Source of the DNA: a bacterium
GTDB lineage: Bacteria > Krumholzibacteriota > Krumholzibacteriia > LZORAL124-64-63
DNA: 64,000 nt
Assembly: GCA_031441465.1 (NCBI GenBank)
Contig: JANOEP010000013.1
Location: 1-64,000, forward strand
Direction of reading: 5' to 3'
Below the pieces are notes generated by a model. It saw only the letters and a program-made list of their open reading frames with translations. It was not told the origin of the DNA and did not search any database. Both the position numbers and the translations under genes were made by a program. Positions 30,226 to 39,804 of the stretch are shown here, one piece after another; within the stretch, counting starts at the first letter, position 1; each line of letters begins with the position of its first letter.

Positions 30226-30264
30226 TGTGGTCAAATTCAAAATTGGAATTTGAATTTGACCACA
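30226..30264. repeat. AT-rich perfect inverted repeat (16-bp arms)
   Basis: TGTGGTCAAATTCAAA-ATTGGAA-TTTGAATTTGACCACA. Confidence 0.85.
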
Positions 30265-30303
30265 GTGCGACACGATCGGGGATGGCGACCATCATCGCGT
30301 GAT

Positions 30304-30885
30304 TCAACGGGAAGACAGCATCAGACGAACCCGTTGTTTGCCCCCGTCGGGATTGCCGACCACCTCGAACCCCGCCTTGCAGAACAGCGACTGCGTGCCG
30401 GTCCAGGCGAAGGTAGGCACGTAGTTGCCGGCGGCGTCGGGTTTCGACGGGTATCCCTCGACGATCGCCACCTTGCGGCGCTTCATCGCCTTCAGCGCGT
30501 GGGCGAGCAGCGCCGTGGCCACGCCCCGCCCCCGGCAATCGCGCACGATGAAGAAGCAGGTGATCGACCATACACGCTCGGCATCGTCGCACTTCAGGGT
30601 ACGGGCCCGGGCCAGCTTGGGGAACGACAACCGCGGTCCGAAGGTACACCAGCCGACCGGCCGTTCGCCATCGAAGGCCAGCACGGCGTGGACGCTGCCG
30701 TCGGCGATGCCGGCGTGCAGCCGCGCCTTCGCCGGCTCGCCCTTGATCTCGTCCCACTTCTCGCCGGGACCGATGCGCCAGGCCTGGCACCAGCAGCCGC
30801 CGCAGGCCCCCTTGGACCCGAAGAGTTCTTCGACCCGGGGCCAGAGAGCGGGGGTCAGTTCGCGGGTTGTGACGGTCTCCGACAT
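30304..30885 (-). CDS. GNAT family N-acetyltransferase
   Basis: CGGCWC, VGWC, WSITCFF, RGRGVA, VEGYP. Confidence 0.9.
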   Translation of the reverse strand: MSETVTTRELTPALWPRVEELFGSKGACGGCWCQAWRIGPGEKWDEIKGEPAKARLHAGIADGSVHAVLAFDGERPVGWCTFGPRLSFPKLARARTLKCDDAERVWSITCFFIVRDCRGRGVATALLAHALKAMKRRKVAIVEGYPSKPDAAGNYVPTFAWTGTQSLFCKAGFEVVGNPDGGKQRVRLMLSSR

Positions 30886-30925
30886 GATTCGCTCCCATGA
30901 TGGACAATCCACCGGAATTCACGAT

Positions 30926-30973
30926 TCACCATATAAGCCCATATATAAATCCATATATAAACATATATGGTGA
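30926..30973. repeat. AT-rich CATATA(T) repeat block bounded by a 10-bp inverted repeat
   Basis: TCACCATATA...TATATGGTGA enclosing further CATATAT units. Confidence 0.75.
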
Positions 30974-33028
30974 TTATTGCGGTCCATCGGCGGCGCCTGA
31001 ATCTCGATCCGGTGTCACCGGGTCTCGGTCCGGACCCGCTTGGAGCAGCGCCCGCACCGCCTCCATCTGCTCCGGCTGCCCCCATACCCAGAGCACGTCC
31101 CCCGACCGCAAGACGAAGTCCGGCGGCGGGTTGCCCGTCAGCTCGCCGCCGCGCGCGACGGCCACCACGGAGGCGCCCGAGCGTCCACGCAGATCGAGGT
31201 CGCGCAGGGAGCGGCCGTGCGCCGACCCGCCCTCCACCAGCACCACTTCGTCCAGATCGGCGACGGTCAACAGCGCTCCCAGGGGCGCGGCGGCCGGCGT
31301 TGCATGCCCGCCCGCCGCCAGCGACGCGTACCGTTCCTGCCGGATACGCGCCTTGTCCCGTTCGATCGCGCGGCCGGGCACCCCGTAAGCCGCCATGGCC
31401 GCACCCGCCAGTTCGAGCGAAGTCTCGAACTCCTCCGGCACCACCTCGTCGGCGCCGAGCCGGTAGAGGGCGTCGACCTCGCTCACGTACCGCGTGCGCA
31501 CGACGATCTTCAGCCGGGGCGCGGCGTTGCGCGCCACCGCCACGATCTGCCGCGTCGCCGACGGGTCGGCGATCGCCACCACGATCACCCGCGCGCGGAC
31601 GATCCCGGCGTGGGCCAGCACTTCCGGGCTGGCGGCGTCCCCGTAGAGCACCGGTTCGCCCCGCTCGCGCGCTTCGCGCACGGTGTGCGGGTTCAACTCC
31701 AGCACCACGTAGGAGATGCCGCGTTCGCGCAGGACCCGCACCACGTTGTGGCCGTTGAGCCCGTGCCCGACCACGACGACGTGGTCCTGCGGCGCGGCCC
31801 GTTCCGCGCCGGCATCGACTCCAGCGTGAGGCGGCCGGACCGCGAACAGCCGCCGCAGCCAGGGCACGCCCTCCGTGCGCGCCGCCAGGCGCGGCGACAA
31901 CAGCGCCATGAAGGGCGTCAGCAGCATCGTCAGCACCGACACGGCCAGGAAACGCTGCATGAGTTCGCCGCCGATCAGGCCGTGCGCCTGGCCGGCGCCG
32001 GCCAGGATGAACGAGAACTCCCCGATCTGGGCCAAAGCCAGCCCCGCCAGCACCGCCGTGCGCGCCCCGAAACCGAAGGCGAGCGCCGTGACGGTCACGA
32101 TCAACGCCTTGCCGATCATCACCGCCGCACCCAGACCGAGCGTGGCCAGCGGTTCGTGCAGCCAGATCGCGGGGTCCAGCAGCATGCCGACAGAAACGAA
32201 GAACAGGCTGCCGAAGGCGTCGCGCAGGGGCACGATCTCGGCCAGCACTTGTTGGGCGTACTCCGAGTCCGCCACCACGATCCCCGCCAGGAACGCACCC
32301 AGCGCCAGCGAAAGGCCGGCCAGGCTGCCGAGCCAGGCCGTGCCGAGCACCGTCAGCAGCGTGGCCAGCACGAACAGTTCGCGGCTGCGGGCGCGGACGA
32401 CCTGTTCCAGCATCCGCGGAAACAGGAAGCGCGCACAGACGACGATCGCCGCGACCATCGCGCACGACAGGGCCAGGGTGATGCCGGCCCGTCCCAGCGA
32501 CACCCCCCCGGTATGCCCAAGAACCGGCAGCAGCAGCATCATGGGCACGACCGCCAGATCCTGGAAGACCAGCACGCTCAGCCCCAGCCGCCCGTGGGGG
32601 GCGTCGGTCTCGCCCCGGTTCTCGAACATCTTGAGCACGATGGCCGTCGAACTCAGCGCCAGCAGGAAGCCGAAGAACACCGCCTGACCCGGCGGGTAGC
32701 CGACGGCGGAGGCCCCGGCCACGCCGGCCAGGACGGTCAACCCGACCTGCATCCCGCCCGCCCCGAGGATGAGGGTGCGCAGTCGCGCCAGCTCCCGCAG
32801 CGACAGCTTGAGACCGATCCCGAACAGCAGCATCGCCACGCCGATCTCCGCCACGACCTCGATGCTCTCGTGCTCGCGCACCAGGCCCAGGCTGCCGGGG
32901 CCCAGCACCACGCCGGACAGCAGCAGGGCGGCGATCGTCGGCACGCCGGCGCGCCGTAGCGCGAACACGACGGCCAGCGATACGGCCAGCACGATCACCA
33001 GGTCGCGCAGGATCGGCAGTTGGGTCAT
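30974..33028 (-). CDS. CPA2 cation:proton antiporter with TrkA-N and TrkA-C domains (Kef-like)
   Basis: ALSSTAIV, LVFQDL, AQIGEFSF, GHGLNG, YGDA, EEFETS, RCK-C tail. Confidence 0.92.
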   Translation of the reverse strand: MTQLPILRDLVIVLAVSLAVVFALRRAGVPTIAALLLSGVVLGPGSLGLVREHESIEVVAEIGVAMLLFGIGLKLSLRELARLRTLILGAGGMQVGLTVLAGVAGASAVGYPPGQAVFFGFLLALSSTAIVLKMFENRGETDAPHGRLGLSVLVFQDLAVVPMMLLLPVLGHTGGVSLGRAGITLALSCAMVAAIVVCARFLFPRMLEQVVRARSRELFVLATLLTVLGTAWLGSLAGLSLALGAFLAGIVVADSEYAQQVLAEIVPLRDAFGSLFFVSVGMLLDPAIWLHEPLATLGLGAAVMIGKALIVTVTALAFGFGARTAVLAGLALAQIGEFSFILAGAGQAHGLIGGELMQRFLAVSVLTMLLTPFMALLSPRLAARTEGVPWLRRLFAVRPPHAGVDAGAERAAPQDHVVVVGHGLNGHNVVRVLRERGISYVVLELNPHTVREARERGEPVLYGDAASPEVLAHAGIVRARVIVVAIADPSATRQIVAVARNAAPRLKIVVRTRYVSEVDALYRLGADEVVPEEFETSLELAGAAMAAYGVPGRAIERDKARIRQERYASLAAGGHATPAAAPLGALLTVADLDEVVLVEGGSAHGRSLRDLDLRGRSGASVVAVARGGELTGNPPPDFVLRSGDVLWVWGQPEQMEAVRALLQAGPDRDPVTPDRDSGAADGPQ

Positions 33029-33052
33029 GGGGCTCCTCGCGGACGCCGGACG

Positions 33053-33523
33053 CTAGGGCTGGGACTCGCCGATCTCCTCGACAATGCGCCAGACGCTGTC
33101 CAGTCGGGGGGTGATCCGCAACGTGAGCGGACTGCTGTACTTCTTGAGTTCCGAGTACCGGGTCGCCGTGATCGCGACCTCGCCCGTCGCCAGGACCTCG
33201 TACGTGACGTCGGTGTAGACACTCAGATCGCCGCGCTCCTTCGCCGGAGGCAGCGTGGCGACGATCAGGGCCTTGTACCGGGTCCCTTCGAGCTTCATCT
33301 CGCGCACCTGGCCGGTCGGGTAGCGCCGGAGGTTGCGGACAGTCGCCGTGTCGGCGTAGAGATCCGCCACAGCCGGGTCGAACGCCTTTTCGAGCGCGAC
33401 GTAGCGCTCGAAGAACGCCTGCGCCGCGGCAAGCCGGGTGTCCGGCGCCACTTCGGTGGCTGCCGCCGCACACGCCACGGCAAGGAGCGACAGCAAGGTC
33501 ATCTTCGCGCGGATCGGTTTCAT
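33053..33523 (-). CDS. Hypothetical secreted protein (possibly NTF2-like)
   Basis: GGAGGAG RBS, MKPIRAKMTLLSLLAVACAAAA signal peptide, ends WRIVEE; the rest of the long ORF is antisense shadow. Confidence 0.7.
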   Translation of the reverse strand: MKPIRAKMTLLSLLAVACAAAATEVAPDTRLAAAQAFFERYVALEKAFDPAVADLYADTATVRNLRRYPTGQVREMKLEGTRYKALIVATLPPAKERGDLSVYTDVTYEVLATGEVAITATRYSELKKYSSPLTLRITPRLDSVWRIVEEIGESQP

Positions 33524-33769
33524 GTCCTCTCCTCCATGGGGGCGGAATCGTGCGGTGACCACAACAGGCGCGGTTCCACGCTCCCTTCCATAGCGGATCA
33601 TCGCCCCGGCGTCAACCGAACCGCGGGCATCGATCCCCCTTGCCCCCACCCCCCGCATGTGTGAGGATTCCCCGATCGACATGTAGGCCGCCGCGGGTCG
33701 CCGCCGGCCGGAATCGCCATCCGAACGCCGTGATACGCCACACCCAGGCGACCCCATGAGGACGCGCGC

Positions 33770-35533
33770 ATGATCCGATCCCCAGCACTGGCCGGCCTGT
33801 TCGCCCTCGTCCTGCTGGCGGCGAGTTGCGCGCCCGACACCCTGGAACCCACGCCCTTCGGCCCGACCGACGGCTGGAGCGTCTTTCATCCCCTGCCCGG
33901 CGGCTACGACCTCTTCGCGGTGTGGGGGGACACGCCCAACAACGTCTGGGCGGTCGGCTCGTACGGCTACATCGTGCACTGGAACGGGGAGACTGTGACC
34001 CGGGTGGACAGCCCGGTCGACATCCGGCTGACGACCCTCGACGCCTGGGCGCCCGACGACATCTACGCCGCCGGCGAGGATTGCCTGCTGCACTTCGACG
34101 GCCGCGCCTGGCACCTCGAGGACCGGTTCCCCAGCGAGACGATCCTCGATCTGCTTTGCGCCGAGAACGGCCGGCTCCACCTCGCAGGCTCGTTCGGCCT
34201 GCGCATCCGCGACGGCGACGACTGGCGGACCGTGACGGGGCCGCGCCCTTCCTGCACGACGGTCTGGACGGGCGACGACGGCGCCGTCCGCGTCGGCGAC
34301 AGCTCCCGGATCTGGCTCGTGTCCGGGTGGAGCGCGGAGCCGGAGCAGGACCTGCAGTTCGGCGGCGTCCAGCACGGCGACGGCCGCTACGTCTGGACCG
34401 AGGGCCTCAACAACGTCGTCGCGGTCTACCGGCGCGACCCGCAATCCGGTTGGGCGGGACAATCGGGATCCTGGTCGTCCCTGCGGACGTTGCTCGACCT
34501 GGACGGGATCGTCTGGTCGAACAACGCCGGCATCTGCCGGCGCGACACCGTGAGCACGTATGTCTGGCGCAACGACACCGGCCGCTGGATCTACGGGCTG
34601 GGCCGCTGCGGGACCGACGGCCTGCTCGCCTGCGGCTACGGCGGCACCCTGATGGCCGGCACCCGCGGCGCCGACGGCTTCGCGTGGAACGAATCGGCCC
34701 TGGACCTCGGGTACCGCCACCTCAACGCCATCGACGGCACGAGCTGCGACAACATCTGGGCGGGCGAATGGTGGGGGCGCATCCTGCACTACGACGGCGA
34801 CGCCTGGACGTGCGAAGACTCCGGCCTGCCCGAGGACCGCAGCGTCGCCGGCATCCAGGCGCTTGCCGGCGGCTGGGTCCTGGCCAGGGGCGGCAACGAC
34901 ATCGCCCTGCGGGATCCGACCGGCGACTGGCTCGTGATCCCCTCGCCCGGCCTCGGCTTGAACCACGTCTTCGCCGCGACCCCCGACAGCATCTTCGCCT
35001 CCACGGCCGCCGGCCTGCGGATCTGGAACGGCGCCGCCTGGCGCGACGCCGGCCTGCCGGCCGGGGCCGACCACGGCCTGGCCGCCACGGCTTCCGGGGT
35101 GCTGCACGCGCTGGTGGTGGACGGGGTGATCAGCCTGCGGCGCTGGAACGGCGTGGCGTTCGACACGCTAGCCAGCTTCCCGGGTCTGGCCGATGCCAAG
35201 CTGTGCGCCTCGCGCAGCGGCGAGACGCTCTGGATCGGCGGCTACACCACCGGCAACCCGGCCCGCACGACGGTGTACCGTTACGAGAACGACCAGTTGA
35301 GCCACGTCACCGACGACGTGGTGCTGCCGTCGTGGCTGCTCGCGATGACCGAGTTGCGCGCCGACGACCTGTTCCTGCTGGCCGCCGAGCAGATCTGGCG
35401 GTACCACGGCGGCGTCTGGTCCCGCGAAGCGGGCCTGCCCGTCGAGGAGTACACGACGATCTGGAGCCATCCCGACTGCGGCGTTTTCGTGGAAGGGCAC
35501 CCGACGTTCTTCAAGGAATTTCCCGAGGAGTAA
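33770..35533 (+). CDS. Lipoprotein with Trp-rich beta-propeller-like repeats
   Basis: Lipobox AASC; repeats such as VWGDTPNNVWAVG..IVHWNG, DDIYAAG..LHFDGRAW, NIWAG..ILHYDGDAW. Confidence 0.75.
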   Translation: MIRSPALAGLFALVLLAASCAPDTLEPTPFGPTDGWSVFHPLPGGYDLFAVWGDTPNNVWAVGSYGYIVHWNGETVTRVDSPVDIRLTTLDAWAPDDIYAAGEDCLLHFDGRAWHLEDRFPSETILDLLCAENGRLHLAGSFGLRIRDGDDWRTVTGPRPSCTTVWTGDDGAVRVGDSSRIWLVSGWSAEPEQDLQFGGVQHGDGRYVWTEGLNNVVAVYRRDPQSGWAGQSGSWSSLRTLLDLDGIVWSNNAGICRRDTVSTYVWRNDTGRWIYGLGRCGTDGLLACGYGGTLMAGTRGADGFAWNESALDLGYRHLNAIDGTSCDNIWAGEWWGRILHYDGDAWTCEDSGLPEDRSVAGIQALAGGWVLARGGNDIALRDPTGDWLVIPSPGLGLNHVFAATPDSIFASTAAGLRIWNGAAWRDAGLPAGADHGLAATASGVLHALVVDGVISLRRWNGVAFDTLASFPGLADAKLCASRSGETLWIGGYTTGNPARTTVYRYENDQLSHVTDDVVLPSWLLAMTELRADDLFLLAAEQIWRYHGGVWSREAGLPVEEYTTIWSHPDCGVFVEGHPTFFKEFPEE

Positions 35534-35540
35534 CCACGCC

Positions 35541-36743
35541 ATGCACCGCCGATCCCACCTGCTTGCCGTCGTGTCGTTGTGGTCCCTTTTCGCGGCGGCG
35601 ACGCCGGGCCGCGCCGGCACTGCCCGCCTGCTCGCGCTGGGCGGCGACGCCGGCTACTGCACCGACGCCGTCGACGTGCTGCGCTGGTACGGCAGCCTCG
35701 GCGACTACCCCGACCGGGCCGTCTTCGAGTTCGGCGACCTCCTGCACGGCCGCGATCGCGCTCCGGCGGACCAGGGCCTGATCGGCCACGGGGGCGGCGT
35801 GCACGCGCGCCTGTCCCGGAACGGGAGCTGGGGCACCGCGGCGTTCTACTTCCAGGACCACCTGCCCCAGAACGACACCGACGGCGCGTTCTCGGCGCTG
35901 TGGTCCCGGCGCTGCGGTCCGCTGGACGTCGGGGTCAGCGGACGGTTCACCACCTACGGCAACTCCGAAGTCGGCGCGGTCGTCGGAGACCGCATCGATG
36001 CTCAGTACTTCCACCACTACGGGCTCGGCGTGCGCGGCGAGCCCCTGGCCGGCCTACGCCTCGAGGCCGCGGGCGAGATCGTCAACAGCCGCGCCGAGAG
36101 CCACGGCGCCCTCTACCACATGTCCCCCACGAACGACTGGTCCACATTCGGCCTGCGGTTGCGCGGGTTCATCGAACTGGGACCCGACCTGACCCTGGTG
36201 CCGCTCATCGATCATTTCAGCGACCGGCGCGCCACCTTCGACGCCGACATCGACAGCCCCGCCGACCTCGACGCCGACCTCACCAGCCTGGGAATCGCCG
36301 CCAACCTGCGCCCCGATCCGGACACCCTGCTGCTCATCGGCTGCGAGTTCCGCTCGGGTCACCAGAACCTCGACCTGCGGGAAGAGGGCTCCCTGGGAGC
36401 CGCCTGGGATCTCAGCGAGCGCGACTTCTATCAGATCCGGGGGCGCGCCGGTTTCGAGACGGCGATCCTGCCCTGGCTCACGGCGCGCGCCTCCATGCAA
36501 TACGTCCGCATGCACGACGATCTGCTGCGCGCCACCGCCGGCGCACACCCCGAAGAGGAGCGCGGCCGCCTCGAGGCGGTCGCCACGCCGCTGACCCTGG
36601 GCTTCGCCCTACGTCACGGCCGGCTGACGGCGGACTTCGCCCACAACGACAGCGCGCCGGTGAACCCGGGCCTGACCTCCGCGGGCCTGTTCGGCGCGGG
36701 CGGCGAGGGTGTTTCGGCCTTCACGATGACTTATGAGTTCTGA
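35541..36743 (+). CDS. Outer-membrane beta-barrel protein (FadL/PorV-like N-terminus)
   Basis: Signal peptide, ARLLALGG, alternating beta-strand pattern, C-terminal TMTYEF. Confidence 0.6.
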   Translation: MHRRSHLLAVVSLWSLFAAATPGRAGTARLLALGGDAGYCTDAVDVLRWYGSLGDYPDRAVFEFGDLLHGRDRAPADQGLIGHGGGVHARLSRNGSWGTAAFYFQDHLPQNDTDGAFSALWSRRCGPLDVGVSGRFTTYGNSEVGAVVGDRIDAQYFHHYGLGVRGEPLAGLRLEAAGEIVNSRAESHGALYHMSPTNDWSTFGLRLRGFIELGPDLTLVPLIDHFSDRRATFDADIDSPADLDADLTSLGIAANLRPDPDTLLLIGCEFRSGHQNLDLREEGSLGAAWDLSERDFYQIRGRAGFETAILPWLTARASMQYVRMHDDLLRATAGAHPEEERGRLEAVATPLTLGFALRHGRLTADFAHNDSAPVNPGLTSAGLFGAGGEGVSAFTMTYEF

Positions 36744-37211
36744 GGAATCGGCGAAATAGTACCAACCATACGCCATATATGGATATATATAGATTTATTT
36801 AAAGATAATTGGCACCAGTGCCCCCATGGCTACCCGCCGCCTGGGAGAGTGTGGCGCTCCAGGCCATCGACCATGCCGGCCGCCGTCGCACACGGTGCCG
36901 CGTCCCGTCGCCGGGCACCCATCGCAGCGGCGCCGCGACGGGGGGCTCGACCCGGACGACGGCCCGCCGCAGCGTTGTCGTGGGACGCGGCACCTCCGTC
37001 GTCACGGTCGCGTGGGCGGCCGCACAACACCGCCGAGCCGCGAGCCGCTCGTCCCACGCCGACTCGACGCGCGCGGGACGCCGGCACGCAGTTTCATTTT
37101 TCCCTTTCGAACCACGATATTTTGTGTATCGTCGCGTTGGATTGCGCTAGATTCCCCTAGGGAATGGACCCGCAGCGGATTTCAGGTTTCTATCCAAGGA
37201 GGAGAACCCGC

Positions 37212-37574
37212 ATGGCTAAGAAGACGACGAAGAAGGTCGCGGCGAAGAAGGCACCGGCCAAGGCCGCCCCCTCTAACAAGCCGCCGACCAAGGGCGAGAC
37301 CTACCGCGAGATCTGCGCGAAGACCGGCCTCGCGCGCAAGGACGTGGTGGGTGTGTGCGACGCGCTGACCGACATCATGGTCAAGTCCGTCAAGAAGCAC
37401 GGCTCCTACAACTACCTGGGCCTGATGAAGCTGTCCCTGGTGAAGAAGCCCGCCGTGGCCGGCGGCAAGCTCGTGAAGAATCCCTTCACCGGCGAAATGG
37501 TGAAGCAGAAGCCGCGTCCGGCCTCCCGCTCGGTGCGCGTCCGCCCCATGAAGTCCATCAAGGACATGCTGTAG
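37212..37574 (+). CDS. HU-family DNA-binding protein with Lys/Ala-rich N-terminal tail
   Basis: AAGGAGG RBS; MAKKTTKKVAAKKAPAK tail, GLMKL, KNPFTGE, VRVRP. Confidence 0.9.
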   Translation: MAKKTTKKVAAKKAPAKAAPSNKPPTKGETYREICAKTGLARKDVVGVCDALTDIMVKSVKKHGSYNYLGLMKLSLVKKPAVAGGKLVKNPFTGEMVKQKPRPASRSVRVRPMKSIKDML

Positions 37575-37597
37575 GCCCTACGCGGTCCGTCCCGTAG

Positions 37598-37642
37598 AAA
37601 AGCGTACGACCCCCGCGCGGATGCGACGGGGGTCGTGCTTTT
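37598..37642. terminator. Bidirectional intrinsic terminator
   Basis: AAAAGC..ACGACCCCCG/CGGGGGTCGT..GCTTTT between convergent genes. Confidence 0.8.
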
Positions 37643-37673
37643 TCCCGGTCCGTTGCGAATCGCGTCGGCAGGA

Positions 37674-38078
37674 TCAGGTCGTCTTCTGCACTCGGAAGTT
37701 CACCGTCGCGCTGGCCGACACGTAGGTCACCCGGATGGTCCACGATCCGGCCACACCCGCCGTGGTGACGAACGTGCCGTTCTCCGCCAGGGATTTCGAG
37801 TAGACCTGCACGCCGTCGGCGTCGAGGATGACGAGCGTCGCCGTGCCGCCGGTGATCGCCGCCGACTGGTTGACGTTCGCCGTCGTGCCCGTGTTCTGCC
37901 ACGTGTAGTTGGTCACGTGGGAGTAGTTTTGGATGCCCGTCACCTGGTACTGGAAGTTGTCCGCGACGTTGGTGATTTCCGGGTTGACCCCGGGGCTCGT
38001 CGTGTTGTCGCACCCGGCGAGAACCGCCGCGCAGACCGCTACCAGGACCACGCCTCGCACCGCTTGCAGATTCCGCAT
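37674..38078 (-). CDS. Hypothetical small lipoprotein
   Basis: GGAGG RBS, LAGC lipobox, beta-rich Thr/Asn body. Confidence 0.75.
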   Translation of the reverse strand: MRNLQAVRGVVLVAVCAAVLAGCDNTTSPGVNPEITNVADNFQYQVTGIQNYSHVTNYTWQNTGTTANVNQSAAITGGTATLVILDADGVQVYSKSLAENGTFVTTAGVAGSWTIRVTYVSASATVNFRVQKTT

Positions 38079-38227
38079 CCCGCCTCCATTTCCCGGCGCC
38101 ATGAGAGCGCCGACTCGTCGTTACGAAAACGATACGGCTATATCACTAAAACGGCACTGAACCGATATGGCTAAGGGCCGGCAGCGCGGGCGCTCGGTGG
38201 AGTCGGGCACCCTGTCGACGGCACGGC

Positions 38228-39304
38228 TCACTCTCTCTTGACGCGGCGATCGGCGAGCAGCGACGCGACGACCCCGACGGCCAGAATCGCCAGGACCGTG
38301 AACAGCACGTACAGGTTGAAATTCTTACCGAGCACCTGCTTCAGCCATCCTGCCGTCAGCATCTTGACGCCCACGACCAGCAGGACCAGGGCGAGCGCGA
38401 CCTTGAGGTACCGGAACTTCTGCACCATCCCGGCCAGCGCGAAGTACAGCGACCGCAGGCCGAGGATCGCGAACACGTTGCTCGTGAAGACCAGGAAGGG
38501 GTCCCCCGTGATGGCGAAGATGGCGGGGATCGAGTCGACGGCGAAGACCACGTCGGTCGTTTCGACCATGACCAGCGCCAGCGCCAGGGGCGTCAGCAGG
38601 AGCGTCCCGGGGCGGGCCTGCTCCGCGACTTCGTCGGCGACCGCGGGCGCACCGGGATACTCGCTCTCGAGCGCCGCCGCCGTCCCCGCACGCACGACGA
38701 AGCGCTCGCCGTGGAAGCGGGCCGTCACGGGGAACAGCCGGCGCGTCAGCCGGACTACGGCGTTGCGGTTCGGGTCGCCGTGATCCGTCTTGAGCAACAG
38801 CATCTTGAGCGCCGTCAGGATCAGGAACGCCGCGAAGAGGTACAGGACCCAGTGGAATTCGGCGATCAGCTTGGCCCCGACGCCGATCATCACGCCGCGC
38901 ATGAGCAGGGCGCCGAGGATGCCCCAGAACAGCACCTGGTGCTGGTAGAGCGGCGGCACCGCGAAGAAGCCGAAGATCATGGCGATCACGAAGATGTTGT
39001 CCACGCTGAGCGACTTCTCGACGACGTAGCCGGTCAGGTACTTCTCGACCGCCGCCGCGCCCCCGTTCACCAGGCCATCGACGGGATCCGCCAGGACGCC
39101 GAGTCCGAACCACTGGCCCTCATACGCGAAGTACACGAACACGGAGAAGGCCAGCCCGACGGTGAGCCACACGCCCGACCAGGCCAGGGCCTCCCGCACG
39201 CCGACGACGTGGGCCTTGCGATGGAAGACCCCCAGATCCAGGGCCAGGATCACCAGGATGAAGGCGATGAACGCCGCCCAGATTCCGAACATATCCGGCA
39301 TCAC
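38228..39304 (-). CDS. TerC/Alx family metal-homeostasis membrane protein
   Basis: EKSLSVDNIFV, VLFWGILGA, ETTDVVFAVDSIPA, SNVFAILGLR. Confidence 0.93.
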   Translation of the reverse strand: MMPDMFGIWAAFIAFILVILALDLGVFHRKAHVVGVREALAWSGVWLTVGLAFSVFVYFAYEGQWFGLGVLADPVDGLVNGGAAAVEKYLTGYVVEKSLSVDNIFVIAMIFGFFAVPPLYQHQVLFWGILGALLMRGVMIGVGAKLIAEFHWVLYLFAAFLILTALKMLLLKTDHGDPNRNAVVRLTRRLFPVTARFHGERFVVRAGTAAALESEYPGAPAVADEVAEQARPGTLLLTPLALALVMVETTDVVFAVDSIPAIFAITGDPFLVFTSNVFAILGLRSLYFALAGMVQKFRYLKVALALVLLVVGVKMLTAGWLKQVLGKNFNLYVLFTVLAILAVGVVASLLADRRVKRE

Positions 39305-39750
39305 TCACCCTCCCCGCCGGCCGACTTCGTCCAGGCCACCAGGGTCGCCCGGTCGTCGGCGGTGAGGCGGGATCCGGGATGGGGCACCAGGTAGAGGCGG
39401 GGCGGCATCGCGCCGTCCTCGACTTCGCCGCGGATCTCCCGCAGGTAGTGGGTCTGCTCCTTGGGGGTCATGCGGGTCCACGTCGAGAAGTTCATCTCCT
39501 CGCGGGCCTCGCGCACGTCGTCCGCGACCAGCCAGGAGAAGGGGGCGATCCGGCTGTACCAGGGCCAGACGGTCTGGTTGGAATGGCAGTCGTAGCACGA
39601 CTGCTGCAGGACGGCGCGCACCTCCGCCGGGGCCGGGATCTCGCCGTCGACCGGCGGGTTCGTCCGCTGGACCGGCACGAACTGGATCGCCGCCGCGGCG
39701 ACGGCCAGGACCACCAGCGACCGCTTCGCGATGCTGCGCAGGTTGTTCAA
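39301..39750 (-). CDS. Haem-binding domain protein (mono-haem cytochrome c-like)
   Basis: CYDCH, WPWYS, NFSTW, MPPRLY; N-terminal anchor. Confidence 0.88.
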   Translation of the reverse strand: MNNLRSIAKRSLVVLAVAAAAIQFVPVQRTNPPVDGEIPAPAEVRAVLQQSCYDCHSNQTVWPWYSRIAPFSWLVADDVREAREEMNFSTWTRMTPKEQTHYLREIRGEVEDGAMPPRLYLVPHPGSRLTADDRATLVAWTKSAGGEGE

Positions 39751-39804
39751 ATCGGCCGTCCTTGCGTTTCCGTGTGTCGTCCGTCGCCGGTCGGTGCCGG
39801 CGCC

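Noticed and set aside
30926..30973. CRISPR array or replication origin
   Set aside because: Units are only about 7 bp with no unique spacers, and no cas genes, DnaA-box cluster or rep gene is seen.
33524..35107. 684-aa minus-strand ORF
   Set aside because: Upstream part is antisense to the lipoprotein; the real start is at 33523 with an RBS.
39305..39400. yybP-ykoY riboswitch before terC
   Set aside because: The region is coding sequence of the overlapping haem-protein gene.
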